DNA from: an uncultured Candidatus Saccharibacteria bacterium
GTDB lineage: Bacteria > Patescibacteriota > Minisyncoccia > UBA6257 > 2-01-FULL-56-20
Assembly (NCBI GenBank): GCA_964361595.1
Contig: CAYIAX010000001.1
Span: 98,128 to 162,127, forward strand
Length of the DNA: 64,000 bases
Reading direction: 5' to 3'
Shown here: positions 54,717-64,000 of the stretch, one piece after another
How the letters are laid out: each line of letters opens with the position of its first letter
How positions within the stretch are numbered: position 1 is the first letter of the stretch
Notes under the pieces: model-generated
The model's database searches: none
Seen by the model: the letters and a program-made list of their open reading frames with translations, nothing else
Told to the model about the DNA's origin: nothing
Program-made: the position numbers and the translations under genes

Positions 54717-54914
54717 GGGGAACATGACCGGCTACTAGCAGCCACACAGGCCAAATTAGAGAAGCAAACGCTTCTCTTTTAAGGAAGATAATGAACTTTG
54801 GTGCGCGCGCCATTGTCTAACTAGCAGAGAATTGTCCGGTAGCCTCTCTAGGCCTTCCTCCCTACATTATCCATCCAGGCTCGAGTGATTTTGCTCGAGC
54901 CGTTTTCTTTTTTC
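54717..54914 (+). ncRNA. Candidate ~200-nt ncRNA of unassigned family, bounded by a promoter and a strong intrinsic terminator
   Basis: No ORF of 60 aa or more. Internal hairpin GAGAAGC-AAAC-GCTTCTC. Closing helix GGCTAC...GTAGCC. Terminator GGCTCGAG-tgattttg-CTCGAGCC plus TTTTCTTTTTT at 54878-54914. Confidence 0.4.
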
Positions 54915-55016
54915 ACTGAATAGGCTATACTTACCTCGCGAGTGACCCACCCTGGTTCCCAACCGGTGGGAAATTAAGTTTTAAATTCGAAGCACTAAGC
55001 ACGAAATTCGAAATTT

Positions 55017-57734
55017 ATGCAGAACAAAATAGTTATCAAAGGGGCGAGGGAACACAACCTCAAGAACATCAACCTGGAGCTGCCGCGGGATAAAATGATT
55101 GTCTTTACCGGTCTTTCCGGTTCGGGCAAATCCAGCTTGGCGTTCGACACGATTTTTGCCGAAGGCCAGCGCCGCTACATCGAATCCTTATCCGCATACG
55201 CGCGGCAGTTTTTGGGCCGCTTGGACAAGCCGGATGTGGACGAAATCGAGGGGCTTTCGCCGGCAATTTCCATTGACCAAAAAAGCCATTCCTCGAATCC
55301 GCGCTCAACCGTGGCCACGATCACGGAAATTTACGATTACCTCCGTGTCCTTTTTGCCCGTTTGGGCAAACCCTACTGCCCCGAATGCGGCAAAGAAATC
55401 AAAAGCATGACCAACGAGGAAATCGTGGACGCGGTTATTGAAATCTCCAAGCAAAATGCTGCCGAGAAAAACCTAGTCATTCTCGCGCCCGCCGTGCGCG
55501 GTCGCAAAGGGGAGTATTACCAGATGCTTTACGACTTTTTAAACGCCGGCTTCAGGGAAGTGCGCGTGGATGGTAAGTTTTATCCCTTGCGCGAGCGGAT
55601 TGAACTTTCCCGTTACAAGCAGCACACGATTGAGCTTGTGATTGATCGCATCCCGCACGGGTTGGATTTTAGGCACAAAGATAACCGTCTGCGTTTGGCC
55701 GAAGCCATCGAAACTGCTTTGAAATACGGCAACGATGTGGTTACGATCCATATGATGGGTGATCATGCCGCCCCCAAGGGGGCGCCCGCTCCGACTCCCC
55801 GCTTCGCTCTCGCGAAGACGAGGCGAGGGAGACGAGGCGAGAGCCTCGCCCCGCAGCAAGCAGGGCGGGAAGTTTCTTTGTCGGCCAAATTCACTTGTCC
55901 GCAGGACGGATTTTCATTTCCTGAAATTGAGCCGCGGCTGTTCTCGTTCAATAGCCCTTATGGCGCATGTCCCGCCTGCCACGGTTTGGGCACAGAGGAA
56001 GTCTGGTCGGAAAAGATTTGTCCGGTTTGCCAAGGCAAGCGGTTGAAGCCGGAAGCCTTGAATGTTCTGATTGACGGAAAAAATATTGTAAGCGTAACGG
56101 CTTTTTCGATCGCCGCAGCCTTCGAATTTTTCGGCAAACTGCAGATAAAAAACGATATGCGCTTCCGCGAAGTGGCGGAAGTCCCGCTACGCGAAATCAA
56201 GAACCGGCTCAAATTCATGATTGACGTGGGCCTGGATTATTTAACGCTCGAAAGAAAAGCCGGAACGCTTTCCGGCGGTGAATCCCAGCGCATTCGCTTG
56301 GCTTCACAAATTGGCTCTCGTTTGGTCGGTACGCTCTATATTTTGGACGAGCCCACTATTGGCCTGCACCAGCGGGACAATGAAAAACTTATAAATACGC
56401 TGCATGAACTGCGTGATTTGGGCAACACGATTATTGTGGTTGAGCATGACGAAGAGACCATCCGTTCCTCGGATTACCTGGTGGATATCGGCCCTGGTGC
56501 AGGCGTACATGGCGGCAGGGTCATTGTGGCCGGGGAGATAAAGGAGTTATTAGCGACAAGCGACAAGCGACCCTCCTCCGCTAAAGCTTCCACCGGCGCC
56601 AAAGCTATGGCGGACAAGTCGGCGGGCAAGCAAGATAATGCAGCATTCAATGAATCACTGACGCTTGATTTTCTCAAGGGAAAGCGAGAAATTCCGGTCC
56701 CATCCGAACGCCGCAAAGTCGGCAAAAACCAGGCTTATTTGAAGATTAAAGGCGCGCGGGCCAACAATTTGAAAAACATTGATGTGGAAATTCCGTTGGG
56801 CAAACTGACCGCTGTTACCGGCGTGTCGGGTTCCGGCAAAAGCTCACTGGTTTACGATGTGCTTTATAAAACTCTGGCAAATAAATTTAACGGCGCCGCT
56901 TATAAAGCAGGCCAGCATGCCTCTATGCTCGGCACGGAATATATTAATCGCGTCATCAATATCGACCAATCTCCGATTGGCCGGACGCCGCGTTCGAACC
57001 CAGCTACCTATGTCGGCGCCTGGACGTTTATCCGCGAGTTATTCGCGGCCTCCGAAGATGCTCGCGTTCGCGGCTACAAGCCTGGCCGGTTCAGCTTTAA
57101 CGTGCCGGGCGGCCGCTGCGAGAATTGCGAAGGCCACGGCACAATCGCCATCGAAATGCATTTCCTGCCGACGGTTTATGTAACCTGCGAAATCTGCAAA
57201 GGCAAACGCTTTGATCGGGAAACGCTTGAAGTGGAATATAAAGAAAAAAATATTTATGAAATTTTGCGCATGACCGTGGAGGAAGCCGTAAAATTTTTTG
57301 ATGAAATTCCCTGGCTTTATGATCGCTTGAAAATTTTGGAGGAAGTCGGGTTGGGTTATGTGGAGCTGGGACAGTCGGCCACGACTTTGTCCGGCGGCGA
57401 GGCGCAGCGGATCAAGCTCTCCGCCGAGCTTGGCAAGCGCGATACCCGCCGCACGCTTTATCTTTTGGACGAACCGACTACGGGGCTGCATTTCGGCGAC
57501 GTGGAAAATCTGCTTAAGGTTTTGGATCGGCTGGTCGATCGCGGCAATACAATCGTTGTGATCGAGCATAATTTAGATGTCATCAAAAATGCGGATTGGG
57601 TAATCGATCTTGGCCCCGAAGGCGGGGATAAGGGCGGAAAAATTGTGGGAGCGGGAACACCGGAGGACATCGCCAAGCGCGCAGGCAGCTTTACGGGCGA
57701 ATATCTGAAGAAAGTGCTTCGCTCGCATAAATAA
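55017..57734 (+). CDS. uvrA: Excinuclease ABC subunit A
   Basis: 905 aa. Two ABC ATPase modules ([10 protein letters not shown]; [10 protein letters not shown]), signature LSGGE.QR repeated twice, zinc modules (CP.C...C..C), and two low-complexity insertions. Confidence 0.95.
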   Translation: MQNKIVIKGAREHNLKNINLELPRDKMIVFTGLSGSGKSSLAFDTIFAEGQRRYIESLSAYARQFLGRLDKPDVDEIEGLSPAISIDQKSHSSNPRSTVATITEIYDYLRVLFARLGKPYCPECGKEIKSMTNEEIVDAVIEISKQNAAEKNLVILAPAVRGRKGEYYQMLYDFLNAGFREVRVDGKFYPLRERIELSRYKQHTIELVIDRIPHGLDFRHKDNRLRLAEAIETALKYGNDVVTIHMMGDHAAPKGAPAPTPRFALAKTRRGRRGESLAPQQAGREVSLSAKFTCPQDGFSFPEIEPRLFSFNSPYGACPACHGLGTEEVWSEKICPVCQGKRLKPEALNVLIDGKNIVSVTAFSIAAAFEFFGKLQIKNDMRFREVAEVPLREIKNRLKFMIDVGLDYLTLERKAGTLSGGESQRIRLASQIGSRLVGTLYILDEPTIGLHQRDNEKLINTLHELRDLGNTIIVVEHDEETIRSSDYLVDIGPGAGVHGGRVIVAGEIKELLATSDKRPSSAKASTGAKAMADKSAGKQDNAAFNESLTLDFLKGKREIPVPSERRKVGKNQAYLKIKGARANNLKNIDVEIPLGKLTAVTGVSGSGKSSLVYDVLYKTLANKFNGAAYKAGQHASMLGTEYINRVINIDQSPIGRTPRSNPATYVGAWTFIRELFAASEDARVRGYKPGRFSFNVPGGRCENCEGHGTIAIEMHFLPTVYVTCEICKGKRFDRETLEVEYKEKNIYEILRMTVEEAVKFFDEIPWLYDRLKILEEVGLGYVELGQSATTLSGGEAQRIKLSAELGKRDTRRTLYLLDEPTTGLHFGDVENLLKVLDRLVDRGNTIVVIEHNLDVIKNADWVIDLGPEGGDKGGKIVGAGTPEDIAKRAGSFTGEYLKKVLRSHK

Positions 57735-58100
57735 ATACCCACAGGTTTCAAAGTGTCTAGTATTTTAGTACTCCAAACTATTAATTGTTTTAAAAAATAC
57801 TTAATTTTTCAGTCAAAACTAGTCTCATGTATTTGCGAACGCATAAGTATGAGACGAGCACAAGATGATGACTTTTGGTTTAAATGATATATATAGAATG
57901 TTTAATTTGTTATCTTTAAATTGCGATCAGCCGATAAATTGCATAGCAGCCGAGGTTTTGCGTTGGGAATCTTTGGACGCCCAAGTGAGGGTTATGTTCC
58001 TCTAATCAGGAGTGATAATATGGTCAAAGATTTTCTAGGAAAGTTTTGTCTTTTCTGATAAGATTTTTGGCAATCTCCGCTTCGGGTTTAGAAAATATCT

Positions 58101-59300
58101 ATGAAAAACACCAGAGATTTATATAAAAAATTGCCAAATACGCCGGGTGTTTATTTGATGAAGAATGGGAAGGGAGAAATTCTCTATGTCGGCAAAGCCG
58201 GCAGTTTGCGCCGCCGCGTGAGCAGCTATTTTTTGCGGCCATATGATTATCGCATTGCCAGATTATTGAGCGAAGTAAAACGAATTGATACTGAAAAAAC
58301 CGATACTGCGATCGAAGCCTTGATCCGCGAAGCCCAGCTTATAAAAGAACACAAGCCTCCTTTCAATGTTCGCGAGAAGGACGACAAAAGTTTTCTCTGT
58401 TTGGAGATTACCCGCGAGGAATTTCCGCGTTTGATCTTGACGCGCGCTCGCGAGCCGGTGCAGGGAAAGAGATTTGGGCCCTTCACTTCTGCGGGGAGCA
58501 TCCGGGAAGTCCTGCGCGTGTTAAGGAAAATTTTCCCTTGGAGCACGCATGCGCCGGAGAAAATCAGGACCTACAACCGCCCCTGCTTTGATTATGAGAT
58601 TGGCTTATGCCCGGGGACATGCATTGGCGCCATCGATAAAAATACTTACGGCAAGATCATTTATCAGCTGGAATTATATTTTGCCGCTAAGAAAAAGATC
58701 GTAGTCAGGGAACTAGAAAACGATATGGAAAAAGCGAGCGCTGAATTGGAATTTGAAATTGCCGAAAAATTGCGCCGGCGGCTTTTCGCTTTAAAACATA
58801 TTCAAGACGTCGCCTTTTTGTCCGATTCAGAAATCGTTCTGCGCAACGAACCTCGAAAATTGCGCATTGAAGGCTATGATATCTCGAATATTTCCGGGAC
58901 TTCTGCTGTGGGCTCAATGGTGGTCTTTAGCGGCGAAAAACCTAATAAAAACGAATACCGCAAGTTCAAGATCCGAATGGTCCTGGGCGCGAATGATACG
59001 GGTATGCTGGGGGAGGTGATCACGCGCCGTTTTCGTAACAATTGGCCGATTCCGGACGTCATGATCGTGGATGGCGGCAAAGGACAAGTGCGCGCCGCCA
59101 AAGCCGTTTTGCGCGAGACGAATCACCGCATTCCCGTAGTCGGCATCGCCAAGGGCCCGGAGCGCAAAAGAAATGATGTCATCGGAACTTTGCCGCAGGG
59201 CGTTAGCTTCAAAACCGCCATCAGGGTCCGCGATGAGGCGCACAGGTTTGCGATCGCTTATCATAAAAAATTGCGGCGCAGAACATTTTTGCCTTCATGA
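58101..59300 (+). CDS. uvrC: Excinuclease ABC subunit C, short form (GIY-YIG, UvrBC and RNase H-like domains; no C-terminal (HhH)2)
   Basis: GIY-YIG motif (GVYLMKN...ILYVGKA), a UvrB-interaction helix (EFEIAEKLRRRLFAL), and the endonuclease domain (YDISNISGTSAVGSMVVF). 399 aa against a typical ~600. Confidence 0.8.
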   Translation: MKNTRDLYKKLPNTPGVYLMKNGKGEILYVGKAGSLRRRVSSYFLRPYDYRIARLLSEVKRIDTEKTDTAIEALIREAQLIKEHKPPFNVREKDDKSFLCLEITREEFPRLILTRAREPVQGKRFGPFTSAGSIREVLRVLRKIFPWSTHAPEKIRTYNRPCFDYEIGLCPGTCIGAIDKNTYGKIIYQLELYFAAKKKIVVRELENDMEKASAELEFEIAEKLRRRLFALKHIQDVAFLSDSEIVLRNEPRKLRIEGYDISNISGTSAVGSMVVFSGEKPNKNEYRKFKIRMVLGANDTGMLGEVITRRFRNNWPIPDVMIVDGGKGQVRAAKAVLRETNHRIPVVGIAKGPERKRNDVIGTLPQGVSFKTAIRVRDEAHRFAIAYHKKLRRRTFLPS

Positions 59301-60145
59301 AAAAAATTGCTTTTTATTCAACAGTTCTCACGGTTGCCTTGATTTTAGGATTTACCTATGGGCGCGAACCGATATTTCCGCGACTCCAATCTTTTTCGGA
59401 TAATTTGATCGAGCAGATCCAGAAAGAAATATCAGCGCCGTCGCCGCTAAGAAAATACAGCCAGTTAAAAAACGCGGTACTCACGACCTCGGGAATTTTT
59501 ACATGGACGAATAATGCGCGCAGCGCAAATAAATTACCAGCGCTCAAAGGAAATAATTTGCTCGATCAAGTTGCCGAAGCGCGCGCACGGGATATGTTCG
59601 CCAAGCAATATTTTGCCCACGTCTCGCCAACCGAAGAAAAGGCTTCGGTCTTAGCTGAAAAATTTGGTTATGATTTTGCGGCGATCGGGGAAAATCTCGC
59701 TCTGGGAGACTTCGAAAATGACGAAGCTTTGGTCAATGCGTGGTTGGAGAGTCCCGGCCATCGAGCCAATGTCTTAAGCATAACTTATCTCGAGATCGGC
59801 ATAGCGGCCGTGAAGGGGATTTATGAAGGCCGCGAAACGTGGATCGCCGTTCAAATTTTTGGCAAGCCGCTGTCGGTCTGCCCGCAACTCGATGCGGCGC
59901 TTCGGGCGAATATTGAGGCCGGACGAGTAGAGCTTAGGGTCTTAGAAAACCAGGCGATAGTTTTACGGACACAAATTGAAGCGATGGAATCTAAAAGCGA
60001 CGAAGAAAGAATGATTTATAATGCTAAAGTTGAACAATACAACGCCTTGGTGGCAAAAATAAATGCCAAGATTGGATTTTTGCGGAAACAAGTTGAGGCC
60101 TATAATGCGGCCGTTAGGGAACTGAACGCCTGTTTACAGATTTAA
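59297..60145 (+). CDS. CAP/SCP/PR-1 domain protein with a C-terminal coiled coil (paralog of 18294-19217)
   Basis: YFAHVSP...GENLA...W..SPGHRANVL...EIGIA, and an N-terminal TM. Confidence 0.7.
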   Translation: MKKIAFYSTVLTVALILGFTYGREPIFPRLQSFSDNLIEQIQKEISAPSPLRKYSQLKNAVLTTSGIFTWTNNARSANKLPALKGNNLLDQVAEARARDMFAKQYFAHVSPTEEKASVLAEKFGYDFAAIGENLALGDFENDEALVNAWLESPGHRANVLSITYLEIGIAAVKGIYEGRETWIAVQIFGKPLSVCPQLDAALRANIEAGRVELRVLENQAIVLRTQIEAMESKSDEERMIYNAKVEQYNALVAKINAKIGFLRKQVEAYNAAVRELNACLQI

Positions 60146-60193
60146 TTCGCCTTGTGGATTACTCGCGGGCTGGAGGATGGTAACATAATAGTA

Positions 60194-63100
60194 ATGGAAT
60201 CCTCCGGCCGGGGAGAAAAAACGAGGATTATTTTGGTGATGCTCCTTTTGAGTGTATTTGTTTGGCAGCAAAGTTATTTTGGCTTGTTTGCGCCGGTCGC
60301 CGAAGCGGCGGTGCCCAAGATAATTAACTATCAAGGGCGCCTTCAAGATGCGAGCGGGGATGTCTTGGGCGGGAGTGGGACAAATTATGATTTTAAATTT
60401 TCAATTTGGGATGCAGTTTCAGGCGGCGTACGCCAATGGCCGGCAAGCGCGCCGGCGTCAACAACGCATCGCGTAACGAGCGGCGTTTTTGATGCTCGGC
60501 TTGGCGATACTGACCAGGGATTTTTAGTTTTTAATATTGATTTCAACACATCGACGATACTTTATCTCCAAATCGAAGTTTGGAACGCAACTTCATCGGC
60601 ATTCGAAACACTCACGCCGCGGCAGGCGATCGTCGCGAGCGGGTTTGCGATTAATGCCGATACCGTTGACGGCGCGGATGCGGGCACAAGCGCGAACAAT
60701 GTTTTGAAGTTGGATCCGAGCGGCGGCATCAATTTGCCGAATGGCAGTTCGACCTTTGCCGGCAACTTAACCGTAAACGGAGTTTCCACATTCTCTGGCG
60801 TCAACTTTTCAAACGCGACTTCGACCGGCAATCTTTACGTAGCAGGTATCATTCGTGCCGGTTCGGGTGCGATCGCGATCACAAGTTCGACCGGCTATAT
60901 TGATGCGAGCGCAATTTTGCTTTCGCAAAATGGAAGTTCAACCGCAACTTCTTCGAATTCCGGATTGCAAGCAACGGACGAGCGTCTCTCGCTTTTGCGC
61001 GGCTGTGCAGCAGGACAACTGCTTAAATGGAACGGCACAACTTCGTTATGGGAATGCGGAAGCGATATTTCGGGCACGGGCGGCTCAATCACGATTGAGC
61101 GGAACGATGTCGTAGTTTCACAAACCTCCACAGCTGTTGATTTCTCCGCCGAATTTAATGTCACGGAATCACCCTCGAATGAAGCAAATGTAAGCATAAA
61201 TTATGCTTCTTCGGGCATTGTGAGGTCCGGCCAAAACGAGACAATTGCCGGCCAATGGACATTTGCGAGTTCCACTTCGATGCAGGGACTAACCTTCACA
61301 AATGCTACTGGCACCGGCAATCTCCAAATCGCTACCTTTACAGCAACGGGAGCAGCATCACTTCAGGGACTTACTTTCACAAACGCTACTGGCACCACGG
61401 TAAACACTTCCGGCAGTGGAACCTTCGGTTCAATTACGACAGCCGGGCAGTCGTCACTAGCTTCCGTTTCTTCCACGAATATTTTGGCGACGGGATATTT
61501 GAATGTCTCTGGCGTTTCTGCTCTCCAGGGATTAACTTTCACGAATGCAACCGGAACAGGAAATTTACAAGTGGCAACGCTTACTGCTACCGGCCAATCA
61601 TCACTCGCTTCCGTTTCTTCGACCAACCTAACCGCTTCCGGATACGCAACTTTGCCGACAGTGAATTTCACAAATGCTTCGGGAACGAATTTAACCGCGT
61701 CTGGATATTTGCAATCGGCGGCACTTACGATCTCCGGCCAATCAAATTTGCAATCTGTTTCTTCGACGAACATTTTAGCGACGGGCTATCTTAACGTCTC
61801 CGGAGTTTCTGCGCTACAAGGATTGACTTTCACTAACGCGACTGGAACTGGCAATTTGCAAATTGCAACTTTAACTGCGACAGGGGACACGTCGCTTGCG
61901 CGTGCGACATTTACAAACGCAACCGGCACGACCATTAATACTTCCGCCAACGGTACTTTCGGCTCGATCACAACCGGCGGACAGTCATTGCTTTCATCTG
62001 TTTCGTCCACCAATCTCGCAGCAACCGGGTATATAACAATCGGGTCAACATTAAATGTTTCCGGCCAAACTTCCGCGGCAAGCGTGTCTTCGACGAATCT
62101 AACTGCGAGCGGCTATCTGCAAGGCGCAACACTGGCAGTATCCGGCCAGTCCTCATTTGCATCAGTTTCTTCCACTAATACCGAAGCCTCGGGTTATCTT
62201 CGCGGGGGGAGCCTTACGGTAAGTGGGCAATCAAATTTGCAGTCAATTTCTTCAACTAACCTAGGGGCCACGGGTGGCATTTCTGCGGGAGGAGAAATAT
62301 CTTCGTCTTTAACCGGCGGCAGGGCATTGTCGCTAACGGGAACACCTGAAGAAAAGACCTCCTCATCTTTGGTTCAGCTCGGACCTACTGTAATTCGGGG
62401 CGGATCCGTCTCAGGAACCTACGTTGGTTCAAATCCTGCGACGTTTAACGGTGATTTCATTAATCTCCAAGTAAACTCCTCCACCCAGTTCAAGGTCTCC
62501 GCCACCGGCACTGCTACCTTTGCCGGCAATCTCTCGGCTGGAAATCTCTCGCTCACGAATGTCTCAACCACAAATATTTCCGCCTCCGGCTACGGTCTCT
62601 TCCCAACACTCTCCTTCACCAACGCCAGCGGCACCAACTTGACCGCTTCGGGCTATCTCCAAACCGCCACGCTTTCGGCTTCGGGCCAATCAAACCTCCA
62701 ATCCGTCTCCTCCACGAATCTCAATGCCACCGGCTATGTCATCATCGGTTCAACCCTGAACGTCTCCGGCCAAACTACCTTGGCCGCTGCTTCCTCCACC
62801 AATCTTGAAGCCTCCGGCTATGGCAGATTCCCAACGCTAATCTTTACGAACGCTTCAGGGACCAACCAAACCTTGACCGGTTACTTGATTGTGAGTGGTC
62901 AATCCAGCCTACAAAGCGCATCCGGAACAAATATTGGCGCTTCCGGCTATTTGTCTGTGGCCGGGCAAACCTCGTTAAGCAATGCTTCCTCGGCGAATTT
63001 GGAAGCCTCCGGTTACTTGCGAGCAGGCGGCCAATCAATATTGCAAAATGTTTCAGGGACCAACGTTACAGCTTCCGGTTATCTGCAGGGCGCTACCTTA

Positions 63101-64000
63101 TCTATAAGCGGGCAGAGTTCTTTGGCTTCGGTTTCATCAACCAATGCCGAAGCTTCGGGCTACGGCCGCTTCCCGACGCTCTTGTTTACAAACGCCAGTG
63201 GGACAAACATAACAGCCTCCGGCTATTTGCAGGGCGCTTCCTTGAGCATCTCCGGTCAATCTTCGCTTGCCAGTGTTTCCTCAACCAATCTTTACGCCAG
63301 CGGTTACCTTACGGTTGACGGCCAATCAACTTTAGCTTCAGTTTCTTCAACCAATATTTCCGCCAGTGGTTACGGTCTCTTCCCGACGCTTGCCTTTACA
63401 AATGCTTCCGGCACGAACTTAACCGCGAGCGGATATCTGCAGGGCGCGTCATTAAATATTTCCGGCGTTTCCGCGTTGCAGGGTCTCACGTTTACAAACG
63501 CGACTGGTACCGGTAATTTGCAAGTCGCAACTTTGCGCACAACCGGCGACGCTACATTTGATGGGCGAGTTGCCATCGGCACTTCCACCTTCACGGCCGC
63601 CATCAGTATCGCCACTTCGACAAATGCTTCCTTGGGCATCGCGGGAATTTTCCAGGACATCGTCATGAATCCCACTGCCGCCGGAGGTTTCCAGTTCGGC
63701 AACCGTTCCATCAACCGTGTTTCCTCAACGGCGACAACCACGGCGATCGGCACGTTTATCCGCATGATTGACAACACGAATATGTCGAGCACGGTCAAGG
63801 GTTTGGAAATCCAAGCCAACTCCGGTTCGAATAACCAGGGCGAAAATATCGGTCTCCATACCTTCGGCCGCACCTTCGGCGTGAAGGCGATTACGACCGG
63901 CGAGGCCGGCGGCATCATTGAACCGGCTGCGGTTTACGGCGAACTCCAAAATGGCACGCAAGGCAACGCTTTCCGCGCCCACTCTTCGACCTCGACGACG
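60194..64000 (+). CDS. Giant secreted repeat protein (beta-helix/fibre-like ~25-aa repeats), 5' partial relative to the window, continuing past 64000
   Basis: Signal peptide or TM IILVMLLLSVFVW. Dozens of units of the form SGQSSLASVSSTNL.ASGYL.GA.L and GLTFTNATGTGNLQ(I/V)ATLTATG. There is no stop codon before the window end, which is why the ORF track omits it. Confidence 0.7.
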   Translation, partial: MESSGRGEKTRIILVMLLLSVFVWQQSYFGLFAPVAEAAVPKIINYQGRLQDASGDVLGGSGTNYDFKFSIWDAVSGGVRQWPASAPASTTHRVTSGVFDARLGDTDQGFLVFNIDFNTSTILYLQIEVWNATSSAFETLTPRQAIVASGFAINADTVDGADAGTSANNVLKLDPSGGINLPNGSSTFAGNLTVNGVSTFSGVNFSNATSTGNLYVAGIIRAGSGAIAITSSTGYIDASAILLSQNGSSTATSSNSGLQATDERLSLLRGCAAGQLLKWNGTTSLWECGSDISGTGGSITIERNDVVVSQTSTAVDFSAEFNVTESPSNEANVSINYASSGIVRSGQNETIAGQWTFASSTSMQGLTFTNATGTGNLQIATFTATGAASLQGLTFTNATGTTVNTSGSGTFGSITTAGQSSLASVSSTNILATGYLNVSGVSALQGLTFTNATGTGNLQVATLTATGQSSLASVSSTNLTASGYATLPTVNFTNASGTNLTASGYLQSAALTISGQSNLQSVSSTNILATGYLNVSGVSALQGLTFTNATGTGNLQIATLTATGDTSLARATFTNATGTTINTSANGTFGSITTGGQSLLSSVSSTNLAATGYITIGSTLNVSGQTSAASVSSTNLTASGYLQGATLAVSGQSSFASVSSTNTEASGYLRGGSLTVSGQSNLQSISSTNLGATGGISAGGEISSSLTGGRALSLTGTPEEKTSSSLVQLGPTVIRGGSVSGTYVGSNPATFNGDFINLQVNSSTQFKVSATGTATFAGNLSAGNLSLTNVSTTNISASGYGLFPTLSFTNASGTNLTASGYLQTATLSASGQSNLQSVSSTNLNATGYVIIGSTLNVSGQTTLAAASSTNLEASGYGRFPTLIFTNASGTNQTLTGYLIVSGQSSLQSASGTNIGASGYLSVAGQTSLSNASSANLEASGYLRAGGQSILQNVSGTNVTASGYLQGATLSISGQSSLASVSSTNAEASGYGRFPTLLFTNASGTNITASGYLQGASLSISGQSSLASVSSTNLYASGYLTVDGQSTLASVSSTNISASGYGLFPTLAFTNASGTNLTASGYLQGASLNISGVSALQGLTFTNATGTGNLQVATLRTTGDATFDGRVAIGTSTFTAAISIATSTNASLGIAGIFQDIVMNPTAAGGFQFGNRSINRVSSTATTTAIGTFIRMIDNTNMSSTVKGLEIQANSGSNNQGENIGLHTFGRTFGVKAITTGEAGGIIEPAAVYGELQNGTQGNAFRAHSSTSTT
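61240..63500 (+). repeat. Degenerate tandem coding repeats (~75 nt units) within the giant beta-helix-like protein gene
   Basis: Recurrent blocks ccaggg(a)ttaactttcacaaatgc and tcttcgac(g/c)aat... at regular spacing. Confidence 0.7.

Noticed and set aside
54661-55016. tmRNA, SRP RNA or RNase P RNA in the lexA-proximal and uvrA-proximal ORF-free regions and at 35490-35722
   Set aside because: The diagnostic motifs could not be located. These are the tmRNA 5' GGGG...acceptor stem and T-arm, the SRP GUCCGGAAGGAAGCAGC, and the RNase P GGAAAGUCCGGGCUCC and ACAGAAACCCGGCUUA. The regions are kept only as generic ncRNA candidates.

Overview
This 64-kb window looks like a chromosomal segment from a small-genome, CPR/Patescibacteria-like bacterium (inferred). 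The support is mostly housekeeping genes at roughly 48% GC, reduced HrcA and UvrC, few Shine-Dalgarno sequences with leaderless starts, and two giant repeat-rich surface proteins. TGA and TAG are both used as ordinary stop codons.

Gene order, left to right:
- cysS (minus strand).
- A heat-shock operon hrcA-grpE-dnaK-[membrane protein]-dnaJ.
- tRNA-Lys(UUU), udk and truD.
- A GC-rich two-gene patch at 11.3-13.0 kb, likely horizontally acquired.
- A 1,550-aa surface protein with nine tandem Big_2 domains, FN3-like repeats and a DUF11 domain.
- A secreted CAP-domain protein.
- A sensor and accessory stretch: a Cache sensor, MazG, an msrA interrupted by an in-frame TAG, a 617-aa Cys-rich zinc-ribbon protein, and an MsbA-like ABC exporter.
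- A sugar-phosphate cluster: NUDIX, a NUDIX remnant, a fused Zwf-Gnd (G6PDH-6PGDH) ORF, and a SIS-type PGI/PMI.
- Assorted tRNA, RNA-repair and translation-associated genes (CsaA-like, a four-helix-bundle protein, FKBP, tgt, thpR).
- A FecR-domain protein with a CHASE2 adenylate cyclase.
- An SOS/excision-repair neighbourhood, dinB-uvrB-lexA ... uvrA-uvrC. It is split by an AT-rich Type I restriction-modification island: hsdM, three uncharacterised small ORFs, hsdS, and a small PD-(D/E)xK nuclease. The island has no hsdR.
- A second CAP-domain paralog.
- The start of a second giant beta-helix-like repeat protein that runs off the window.

Non-coding signals that stand out:
- A leader element that recurs immediately upstream of at least six start codons.
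- A roughly 150-nt structured element present in two copies, with stem-preserving differences between them.
- A perfect 40-bp palindrome upstream of dinB.
- Several families of AT-rich inverted repeats and palindromes.
- Several promoter- and terminator-bounded regions without ORFs that are candidate ncRNAs.

No CRISPR array, rRNA, transposase or integrase was seen.
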